From Lepidodermella squamata (lineage: Eukaryota; Animalia; Gastrotricha), in assembly GCA_047495785.1 (NCBI GenBank), contig JBLDXI010000009.1, positions 4,526,001-4,590,000 of the forward strand: DNA of 64,000 bases, given 5' to 3'. The translations under genes and the position numbers were made by a program. The notes under the pieces are model-generated. The model was not told the origin of the DNA. It was given only the letters and a program-made list of their open reading frames with translations, and did no database searches. Position 1 is the stretch's first letter. Each line of letters starts with the position of its first letter. Below, in pieces: positions 53,101 through 63,830 of this stretch.

Positions 53101-56100
53101 CTCCTACGAGAATCCAATTCCTATTTTAACCCCTATTCCTATTCCTATCCCATCCCAATCCCATTTCTATTCCTATTCCTGTTCCTATTCCTATTCCTAT
53201 CCCATCCCAGTCCCATTTCTATTCCTATTCCTGTTCCTATTCCTATTCCTATCCCATCCCAATCCCATTTCTATTCCTATTCCTATTCCTATTACTATTC
53301 CTATTCCATCATATTCCTATTCCTATTCCTATTCCATCCTATTCCTATTCCTCGTCAACCCCTATTCCTATTCCTGTTAGCCAATCCTGTTACTCCCAGC
53401 CCTGATACTTACCCTACCTATCTCCTTTCCATCATCTCACTCCTCTATTTCCTTTCCTACTCGACTTCTTGCCCTTGAACGGCTGTTCCCAGCTATAACA
53501 CAAAGGGCAAACAATTCCTTCCAGCTTCATTTCCTTTTACTCCTTCTTAAACTCGGACGGCAGCGAACTAACAGCATCCTAATCCTCAAAGTAGGTACTA
53601 GTTCCTTACTACTGTATTGCCCGAAAGAGTTGCTCTACAGCCAAGTGACCTTTAGGAGCCTGTAAATAGCAAACCTTATCTCCTTCAGACTCGCAACCAA
53701 TCGTGAGACTTGTCTCAGACGTTTTCATGTGATGGCTTTTCTTCGCGCTACTAGCACGACTAGCCTTAGACGAGGCTCGCCGTTCGCTTTTCCGTACCGA
53801 ATCCTGTAACCGGCTGCCCAAGGCCGTCGACCGTTTCGGAGTCGGGTGGTCAGAATCCGACGGCGTGTCATCACTTTGATGAGCTGTATTTCACATCAGC
53901 AAAGAAAGACATGTTAATATCGGAAGATTCGCTAAAACAGGCTAAAAACTTGACAAGCTACTTTGTGCGTTGAAAGGATGTTCAGGGATCAGATCGTGCG
54001 CTTTTTCTCAAATCGAGACATGACAAACGAACCGCAAACGGTTGCCAAGGTAAACAAAATGCACACTACGGCAGCCGTTGCTAGGGACAAAAAGACGCCT
54101 AAAGCCTACGCGTCCCTAGCAACGGTTGCTGTAACCCGTTTGCGGCTGTTTATCGAGTGAAGCTGAAGGAAAAAAGTGTATTAAGCTCACAATATTTACG
54201 GTCGGCGTTACGAGCCGGCCTAGCACTGGCTTTCGGAACATGCCGGCTACCTGGCGTTATGCTGCGCTTCGGTGGCGCCGAATACAGGTGCTTGCCACCC
54301 GAAGACGCCTGCTGGTGGCTTGTCATGTCCATATCTGTAGGAAACGCACTCGGCGAGCCAACGGCTGTATCACTGTTCGGCAGACCCTTTTGAGGTAGAG
54401 TCGGGCTTTTGCCGCCCTTGCCCTCAGCGGCTTGGAGAACATTCTCGGCTAGTTTGCGCTTGGCCTGTGACTTTCGCGCCATTTCCAGCGCGATGCGGTA
54501 GATGCCGACGTAGAGCACGGTGATGACAACGAGTGTGGTCCAGTAGTAGGATATGACGAGCGCCGTGTTGAACATGGGGTTGTCCATGAACTGGACGTAG
54601 CACATGTTGAAGGGCACGGTGCGCTCGCCGACAAAGTAAGGCCAGCCGATGATTGAAACGAAAAATATTACCGCAGGTAAAATCCACGTCAGCAGCACCA
54701 TGACCTACATAATTATGAGCATTGTAGCCAACATTTAAAAAAATGCATAAATATTGCGCTTTCGAATAATGTACCAAGCATGAAGAACATTTTCCTACAT
54801 CCTAAAACGGTAAAACAAATTTTTGTTGAAAATCGTATAGTTGTAGGAAACGTTTGGTGAAGCTACAAACTGCAAAATGGAACTGAAAGCTACCCCATAA
54901 AGTAGGCCATTATTTTCGGACTGAAATCCTTATGAAAATATACGTCTTTCTTAGGCCTAAACTGGGCCCAAACTGCCAAATTTCATAATTTTGGGCTTCA
55001 TTCCGGAATTTCAGAATTTAGATATTTAGGATTATCCGATTCAGGAATTCCGGGTACTGAAATTCCGGAATGAAGCCCAAAATTATGAAATTTGGCAGTT
55101 TGGGCCCAGTTTAGGCCTAAGAAAGACGTATATTTACATGATTTCATGGCCTACTTCAGTCTCCAGATTTATACGAAATTAATTCTCAATAATTCATGTC
55201 AATTGTTAGGAAAGTTTTCGCATTTAATCGATAATTTGGCTTAATCAATTTCCAGAAAATTATTGAAAACCAAAAACCAAGTTCCAGGCTGTTTCGGAAT
55301 TTTTCGGAAAACTCCAGCTTTCCATTCATAGCTGAGGCCTGGCCAATCAAGGCCTCTCATACCCGAACATCTGGCGGGAGCCAAATTAAATTTGTAGGCA
55401 CGCCGAGACCCCGCGTCATTCATCAATTTTACATAATTTTATTGATCAGAAGGCATTGTTCTCCTTCTCCATTAACTGAATTTATTCACCGCATCTAGGA
55501 GCGTCTGAGGATACCTAGTAGTAAGAGACGCAATTGAGACAAATAATCAGCCAAGCGTGAAATCCCGCCGATAAGGTCAACTGATCAATTAGACCCACGT
55601 TTTTCATTGATAGACCTCAAATTAGGACCATTAACCCACTCACCTTGAGCTTCTTTTCGGTGCGCCACGCCCGGTAGCGCGCTGGGTACGTTACGGAGCA
55701 GAAGCGGTCGAGCGTGATGAAGAAGACCGTGTACTGGCTCGTTAGACACACCGTGTAGTCTAGACTGAGCCACAAATCACAGATGAGCGTGCCGAGGGGC
55801 CAGCGGAAGCCCAGCAACAGGTACATGGTGTACAACGGCATCGAGAATAGGCCGATCAAAAAGTCTGTAACCGCCAACGAAGCGATGAAATAATTACCCG
55901 GCTGGCGAATTTGCCGGTCGAGGACGAATGACACTAACACCATGAGGTTGCCAAGCACCGTGACGACACTCGTCGAGCCGGCCAGCGAGGCGAGGATGAT
56001 GGTGATGGGTAGGTTGAACTGGCTGGCGAAGACGAACGGCGGTTCCAGCGTGGTGACGTTGCAATCCGCGGTGGCCGTGCAGTTGATGCCGAAAAGGGGC

Positions 56101-56243
56101 GGAGCTTCGGTCTCATCCGCGCCGAATTCGATGGCGCCGAAACTCGAGCCGGACGGGCCGACGCCGATGGCGCTGATGGCGTCATGAGCAGCCGGCGGCA
56201 CCGACGGCGGCAACAGGCTGCGCAGCAGCTGCTGCTGCGACAT
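50165..56243 (-). CDS. Muscarinic acetylcholine receptor, B-type (mAChR-B / GAR-1/2-like), ~1353 aa
   Basis: GNLMV, NYFIASLAVTD, WPLGTLICDLWLSLDY, ITLDRFCSV..PARYRAWRT, CYVQF, KALRTITFILGAFVLTWTPYH, YWLCY..SPLNPFCYAFAN. Exons 56243-55644, 54704-54200, 53883-53675, 52961-51543, 51493-50165 sum to 4062 nt in frame. Confidence 0.93.
53115..53375. repeat. (ATTCCT)n degenerate hexamer microsatellite in receptor intron 3
   Basis: About 260 bp of attcct/atccc variants read directly. Confidence 0.9.
54900..55156. repeat. Long inverted repeat / foldback element in receptor intron 1
   Basis: Perfect 79-bp arms at 54936-55014 and 55057-55135 with a 42-nt spacer, plus outer arms AGTAGGCCAT / ATGGCCTACT. 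Confidence 0.9.
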
Positions 56244-58762
56244 GGTGGCGGCGCTGCGCCGCGCGCCTCGTCACGCCGGTTGAGCAGGAAAAGCGCGATG
56301 CGGCGTGGCAGTAGTGATCAGCGGTTTTTACCACGTGGCGGCACTGATTATTAGTGGGGGCGGAAATAATAACGAAACACGCCGAACGGTTACGCTTCGA
56401 TGATTGATTCAGTTGTTGTTCGATTTCGGTTTCACCAGGTAAAAGGGGTAATATCATCCTGTGTAAAAGCCTATCAAATATTTTCAATGAATATTTAAAA
56501 TTATTAAATTATTTAATAATCGGAAATTCCAGGTAAATTGGTTAATTTTTTTATAAAATATTTGCATGGCATTATTTTCCAGCGGAAAGGCTGGCAACCG
56601 ATCGGAATTTAAATCGGAAGGATAGGAAATTCGAACATAGCGCAGTCGCTTACTATACCGCGTAAATTGAACAATGGAGCGCGGTATTGTTCGGTCAATA
56701 TTATCATTTCGACAAAAATCATGCACATTTTTCAAGTTTTTTTCCTAAAAAGAGGATAGGCTGCGGTTTGAAATTATTCAAATTTTTCAGTAAAATTTAT
56801 ATTAGCATTCTACAAAATTGTTGCCTCATTGAGACTTTTAACGTTTCGTAGGATTTATTCGGAAATTAATCCACATTTTTCGCCTTGAAATATAGTGAAG
56901 AAATAAATTCGAAAAATTTTAGATCGAATTCAGCTTTCCTCTCTCGATTGCTGTGTCCCTACTATGAGAAAGAGAAAAAAAATATTTGAAATTATTAGAA
57001 TTTTTCTAGGTAAGAGAAATAGTTAATTAAGCTCCGTTCATTATCTAGGCCTCTGCGGCTTAGTTTCAAGAAATTATTCAATAATTCCCAATGATCTTGC
57101 GATAATCGCGTTTCGAAGAGCAACGAAAGGTCACATTGCGGTAGAGCAGACAGTAATTAAGCAAAACTGCTCGAAAGGGGCAATTTATTGCTACGAGTGT
57201 GCGTGTGCGAGTGTTCGCCATTTTGCCCCGTGATGAGTGTAATTTTGAATACGGCCGCGCCTGCAATCAATGACCGAGCTCTAAATTGAACATCACGCGT
57301 GCTTATTGTAATGATGAGATGGAGCCTCCCTCGAATGAGCAGTGCGTATCTATATATTTAAGGCTAATAAATTTTTAACCGACCCGCGGCCTGTTTATTT
57401 TTACACGCGATGATGTCGCGGCTTAAAACAACAATACGACACGCCGAAATCACGGATAAAACAAACAATAATACAACTCTATTTTTAGCAGAAAATAAAA
57501 TTGCATAAAATTCATAGAAAAATTCAGTATAAATGCAGATCAAATTAATTATTAGGTGAAATCAATGAAAAAATCAGGCGAAAAAATTAAAATTTTACAT
57601 AAAGGTGTGAAATTGTGAAATCAAGCCGTAATAGAAGTAATTTTGTACAGACGGATCAAAAATAAATTTATGAATAAACATGATTTGTTTTCGAAATTAA
57701 ATTTTTCAACACCTATAAGGCCCTGTAGTTGTGAAGAAGTTTACAAGGGTTATTTTAGTAGAAAAGACGGCGTGTATTCTATGTGCTTTATTACGACGGC
57801 GCTAGATTCCGTCCGGCCTTGCTTCTGGACACCTTACTATAATAAAACCTTATTTGGCGACGAAAATTATAATGAAACGAGCAGCACGTGCCAGCAGGAT
57901 TACATGGCGATATTTCCTGTTCGCGAAATTTTTACGCGTAGTATAAAAAAATGGAAATCGAACCAAGGAAGTTCGTGCTTGTAAAACCCCTCCAGACGGC
58001 ATATAGGTATCATTTTCCATAATTTTCGCGACCACTTGGCTAGTAGTGAGGGGGCTAAAAGCGGAACGAAAAAATTAGAAGTTTTTTGGTGCAAAATGGA
58101 CGGTTCTACGACATTTGCGCAAAAAGAACTGAGCAAAACGACAAGTGAGCACGACAATTGATCAAACGACAACTGAGCAAAATAAATTTTTAAATTTAAA
58201 AGCGACAAGTGATCAAACGACAACTGAGCAAATTGTAAATTAAATAATTAGTTATTTATTTTTAAATTTAAAAGCGACATTTGATCAAACGACAACTGAG
58301 CAAAATTTAATAAAAATTATTTAATAAAATTTAAAAACATTAGGAATAATTTTTTATTTGCTAAATTAGTTATAATAATTATAATTTTTATGACGTTTTT
58401 ATAATTACTTTTGCCAGGTGTCACTAAAATTATGGCAATTAAATTGTTTTATTGCCATAATTTAAGCAATATTTAAGTAATATTTCTCCGTCATTTAAAC
58501 TAACCAATCGGTGAGTTCGTGCTACCGCGAAAGAAAGCTGATTGGCTAAACTCATGGAAGCAACGCATTCATTGGTTGTTTTCTGATTAAGTACTGATTA
58601 AGAGTTTAGTAGAAGTCACTCGTGCCTATAGCCTCGTTTTGTTTACTTTTGGTCTAATTAAAGGCTGTTAGCTGTAAGCTGTGGAATATTTATTCGAACT
58701 TTTTTACGATAGAAATAACGTATTACATACTTTTATTCAACCTTGAAATTATTTATTAATTA

Positions 58763-59382
58763 CCGTCAAACGGGGCGACTTTGCCAGTCGGGGTCACTTT
58801 GCCACGGAAAAATGGGGCGACTTTCGCATAGCCATATCTCAGAGGTATCAAGATAAAGGCCCCTTGAGTGGGGTACCGTTGGAAAGCCCAAGAAAAGACC
58901 AGCTGGAATTCCTTGAACATACTTCAGCCCTTCACAATACCTGGTGATTAAACACAGGTAAAGTTGAGCTAAAAAATAGAGTTTTCGGCAGAATTTAGAT
59001 GACTCTAAAGTCGACCAGGTGTGATCAAAAAGAAAAATTATTGTCATTATCGAGCAATCTCCGACACAAGCTATCCAGCGGTACCCCACTTGAGAGGTAT
59101 CTGCCTTTCCACCTGCGGTTGGAGTTAGGGCAAAGTCGCCCCATCTGCATCTAAACCGTCCGCGGGGTGACTTTGCCAGTATCAAACGTCAGTTTGTGAA
59201 TTGGATACTGTTCAAACAGCAACACAAGGTATATAATTAAATTCAGCATACTCAGGGCTTTCCGTTGACATCCTATTTCACATACATCATGCATGAGATA
59301 TGGACAGCGTGTGCGATCTAAACTCGATCGCAAAAACCTATGGCAATGTCGCCCCACTGGCTAAAGTCGCCCCATTTGACGG
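58763..59382. mobile_element. Nested 620-bp MITE (pogo/Tc1-type, TA TSD) inside the MULE
   Basis: ta|CCGTCAAACGGGGCGACTTTGCCAGT ... ACTGGCTAAAGTCGCCCCATTTGACGG|ta, with internal GGGG(C/T)GACTTT subrepeats. Confidence 0.85.
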
Positions 59383-59718
59383 TATGTATTAAACGCTTTT
59401 CAAGAGATTATTTACATTAATCAAGTCAAGCCAAAGACACATTAGCAAATTTCAATTTTCAATTACACTGAAGTATGTATGAAAATTCAAAAAATGTAAT
59501 TGTCTAAGAAAACGGGTTACCTGAAGGTAGAGAAAATTGTGAAAACACAACAAAGCGTAAAAACATGAACACAATTTTACGTGAAACTCAACAAGAAATT
59601 TTTTTGGGTGATGAAACCCATCAGTTTTAAAAAATATCGAATGCTAACGTAATGTAAGGCTATAAGTCAAACTGAAAACGTCGCAGCTTGCCCGAGGGGA
59701 CAAGGCTGTAGTTAGCTA

Positions 59719-62700
59719 CTATTGACGTCGGGGGCCAATAAACTCATCCTCGTCATCAGTTTGACCATCGATCTCGATGTCGCCCATGTCGTAACGGGGG
59801 CCGAGCCTCTCGAAGGCCGACGCAATAGATTGCAAGTAGTCGATATTGTAGTTGCGAGTTATCCCAGCCTGCTGGACGAGATTGAAGAGCTCTCGGTCGA
59901 GGCGCGCGTAATCTGCATTCTGGCTTCTAATCGCTTGCTGGCCTCGTTGGAGTCGATACACAAGACCTTCTGACCTTTCCAGTTGAAAGTTGAGCCTTGC
60001 CATGAAAGATATCAGTGGCAAATGGCAGCCAAAAGTTTGCCTCGAGCCGTGATGATAACTTAAGATGTAAGAAAATACATCTTCTATATTTTATAAAAGC
60101 GTTTATCCTGATACTCACCCTTCGAGCCCAGCGTCCGATCGAGGAAGGCCATTCCGGGTACGGTCGTGTTGCGACCACTCCCTCGGATGATACCGGGGGC
60201 GATGGTACTCACCGAAGTCATCATAATAGCCAATATAAATCCGCCGAAAATAAAAAAATAAATCTCTTAGCCTAGGGCACCGCAAGAAAACCGGGTGAAC
60301 TGCCCGAACCAATTGTACGAAAATGCTTCCAACTAAGTTATGTGGCACGAATGCGAGCGCAGCTAGCAGCCTAACCGCCTGTTGAATCGAAGCGTTTTGC
60401 AAATATTGCACCCATAAGTTCAGTTTTTTAACCTAAAATGCAAGGACCGTTAATTAGTTGATCGATAATAACCAAATAATTTATCTTTTTCAAATTAGAA
60501 ACCTAATTTAACAGTACGAGACTAACCCGTTTGAGTAAGCTCTGCATGAGATGGAAGAGGCAGCCTCCAAGCCTTGCTGATGGGTAAACTTCATGAAACG
60601 CCTGCCTCGCTGCTAGCTCGAAATCTGCCATGAAAGATTCCGGCTGGAAACCGGGGAAAAGGCGCCGAATTTCGCGAAACAGCCTCAAATAAGTTTGCGA
60701 TCTGCGGTCGGGCAGTAAACAGTAGAGAGCGGGCACTGCTTTGACCCGTCTTTCTCCGTTCTGATACGCTTCCACGAAAAAGTGAAGAGTGAAGAGCTGA
60801 TGAAAGCCCATGGGAGCGCTGGCAAAAGTGCCGTTTGCAGCCATGTGACGGTATCGCTGTAGCTGAGCGATTAGCCTTCTTGAACCCAAAATGACGATTC
60901 GCTCGGGATCCTCAATGCCAGAGTCAAACAAAGTGAAGTCATTCGAGTTGTTTTGACCACGATTTTCTAAAGAACCGCGTAGAGCTTCAGAACGATAACG
61001 CTGAACAGAGCGTTGCAAAGCCATCTCCGACGGCAAATAGTCTTGAATTTCTATCGGGGTATTACGAAGAGTAGAGGAAATAATAAAATTAGTTTGATCC
61101 AAAGTTGCGCTTTGCGATCTCAAGCGTAATTCATGTCGAACGGACTGAGCGAGCAGGGCGTTGCCAGTAGGCGCTACATGTGCATGAGGCTGACCTTGTT
61201 GACCCGGTAGAACCCGATAAGGATAATTGCAACTTGTTATAATTGCGCACTTGCAGCCTCTACGCTCATTACAGCGCCAAGAAAAATGCCCTTCAGCGGT
61301 CCTGCGAACGAATCTAAAACGCATACCTTCATATACTCGCAATGGCTGACCCCTCTGCGAGAATACAATATCCGGCATTGTATCACGGCTGTTATTCGAA
61401 GTCGGTCGGTGAGCGGAGGTTGGACGTGAAGGCGTATCAGTTCGCCTGGAAAAATCCGAATTAAACGAGGTTCGCTGGCCGAGGCTTGATCGATTACTAG
61501 GATCATTTTCTGACGGTAAAGGCCTTTGGGAAGACGACGTTGATAAAGGGCGCTGAATCTGGCTGGAGCTAACACGTGAGTCATATGCTGATGATGAGGG
61601 CCTTTGAGAAAACGAGGACATTGAACTAGACGAAGGACGCTGACTGAAACTGTAGCGAAGAAGCGAGTCACTTTCCGCGGTTATTGGCCTATGCGAGGAC
61701 GAAGAAGATAGAGGACGCTGACTGGAACCGGAGCGAAGAAGCGAGTCACTTCTTTGGGAAGACGTGGACGGCCGAAGGAGATTTTGAGGAGGTTGTTGAC
61801 CTTGATCAAATTCAAAAACATCTATGCTCGAATTGTAATGTTCGAGGAATGGGTTATCACCCAAATCATCAAATTCGGAACCAGGATCGCTGTCGTCAGT
61901 ATTATACTCCAGCGCAATGTCAAGAAGCCCTGTAGACGCTCGGCGATTGGTCAGTGGCCTTGGAAATATCTCCTCGCCACCAGCGGCTACGTCTAGCAGT
62001 CCTTCTTCAGGGTCTGGATTAGAAGCGGCTTCTGCATAGCGTTCGTCTTCGCGGCGGACCATCTGTGAAGCACTCGGTTCATTTACGTTAAAACGTGAGT
62101 TATCAGGATCAGAATCATTCGAGCGAGGTAAGCTACGTCTTAATGGACTTCTTGACCGATCGGTATTGTCCAGCTGTAAAACGGATGCTTCCGGGGATGG
62201 TATACTCGGTAGATCATCCATTTCACTATTTCCATCGTGAGTTACCGGAGGCTCCTGGAGTAAAACGGCCTGAACGTCATTCACGCGGCCTCGACCTCGA
62301 AATCCTCCACGACCGATTCCACGACTTCGTGATCCTCGCGGTCGACCCCTGCTACGCCCTCGAACTACAACATTAGCAGCTTCAGTAACAGCAACAGGGC
62401 TTCGAGACGGTCTCGATAATGCAGGGGCTCGACCACGATTGCGACCTGTCCCCCTCGGCCTGCCGCGACGACGAACTGCCGGGGCAACAACTAGCGACTG
62501 AGCAGGCAAAGGATCCTCTGGAGGAAAACCACCAGGCCTCATGAGACGTACCAGACGTACGTCTCATGCCAGGCCTTTGATCAGGTTGATCATCATCGTC
62601 ATCGTCGAAATATAAGCGAATCAATCTCGGGTTCGCATCGGATAAATCGTCTCGGCAAGATGGACAATTTTCCTGGTCTTTTGAGGAGAAAATTGAAAGG

Positions 62701-63221
62701 CTATTTCCTATTTCTCAATTTTAAATATAATAATCCTGGGCATCAGATTATGTGATATATTCTACATTGAGTTGGATAAGCCAATAAAGCCCACCCAATA
62801 TAATCTAAACTAATCTAAACCCTAAGATTCGTGTATGAACTCAAATTAGAATTTGTGCCATAAATTAAAAATTCGGAATCATTATGACTGGTGAGCTCAA
62901 TTTGTTCGCCAGACTGCTTAACTCTCAATTAAAAAAATTTCTAGATTTTTCAAGTTTTTCAAGAAGTTTTTGCGCGCTTTTCTAACTATTTTACAATAAT
63001 TCCTATTCCTTATTAGCTAGTACAAACCTTAAAACTACAGTTAAACCAAAATAGAAAGAATACGAACCTTCCAGCCATCTTTGAATACACGTTTCGCAAA
63101 ATACGTGGCCGCAGAGCGTTGCGGTCGGATTATTAACCCTTTCTTTACAGATAGGGCACCGGACTGCTGTGGCGACATTTAAGAACAAGAGACAAAGCAA
63201 AGCTACCACCAGTGGTCGCAT
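59719..63221 (-). pseudogene. RING-finger + AT-hook-like + FLYWCH-like + MULE transposase fusion gene, frameshifted
   Basis: Exons 63221-63068, 62677-60527, 60432-60119, 60058-59719. RING: CPIC..CGHVFC..C...W.E|DQENCPSCR. Finger: SQRG..L.VYEG.RF...WRC....C....H.H. MULE: (N)GTF..P..F.QLFTLH, YCLLP...Q.Y, FMADFELA, GCLFHL, LAALAFVP, YFRRIYIG, R...LEG|YH. A 37-bp insertion (62540-62576) breaks the frame. Confidence 0.85.
62540..62568. mobile_element. 29-bp palindromic insertion with 12-bp TIRs and 8-bp TSD (hAT-like remnant)
   Basis: CCAGGCCT|CATGAGACGTAC-CAGAC-GTACGTCTCATG|CCAGGCCT. Confidence 0.75.
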
Positions 63222-63830
63222 TGCGATATCAATTAACAGTAATGAAAAGTTGAGTGGATAATTTGTTCACGAATTAATTTTCAAAAATTTCAAAAAGTGG
63301 GAGAGATGGAATTTTGCGTTCGGAGCGGCGCCCATTTTCTCGAACTTTCTCAAATTGTCACTTGGCGTCATGTGGCTATATACGTCATGTTTATGACGTC
63401 TCGCGCCAGCGAGGTTTCGAGAAGGCAATTCCAAAGCGATAATTTTACTGAGTCATTTGCTACTTGAACCTTTAGATTGGCATTCTAATTTCTCCTTTGC
63501 CAACGCAAAAGCAAATGTAACCAATTGGTAACCATTGAATATGTTGCTTAGCCAATCCGCTTTCTTTCGCGGTAGCACCAATACACCGATTGGCCAGTTT
63601 ATACGACGAACAATAAGTATTACAGAAATATTAATTGAATAGCAATATACCGACAAAATAATAACATAATTTAAATGTCATAATTTTGTTAAGACCTGGT
63701 AAGACTAATTATAAGAACTTCATAAAAATTATAATTATTATAACTAATTTAGCAAATAAAAAATTATTTCTAATTTTTTTTAATTTTATTAAATAATTTT
63801 TATTAAATTTTGCTCAGTTGTCGTTTGATC

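Larger units (their letters stand above)
58100..63830. mobile_element. Mutator-like (MULE) DNA transposon with long AT-rich TIRs; outer right end interrupted
   Basis: 58283-58450 (GATCAAACGACAACTGAGCAAAATTTAATAAAAATTATTTAATAAAA...) is the reverse complement of ~63660-63830. The left end has tandem ACGACAA subrepeats, and the element encloses a MULE transposase gene. No TSD is visible because the right end is interrupted. Confidence 0.85.

Noticed and set aside
53098-53478. 126-aa ORF rich in FL/IP/YS repeats
   Set aside because: It is a translation of the (ATTCCT)n microsatellite.
54096-54108. GCCTAAAGCCTA in the hairpin loop resembling a TTAGGC telomerase template
   Set aside because: Imperfect repeat unit, antisense to the host intron, and no pseudoknot or H/ACA context seen.
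58110-58300. GATCAAACGACAACTGAGCAAA repeats with variable spacers resembling a CRISPR array
   Set aside because: Eukaryotic context, irregular AT-rich spacers that resemble each other, no cas genes, and the repeats are part of a transposon TIR.
62540-62568. Possibility that the 29-bp insert is spliced out as an introner (it contains GTACGT donors)
   Set aside because: The available GT...AG spans are only about 13-22 nt, too short for a spliceosomal intron.
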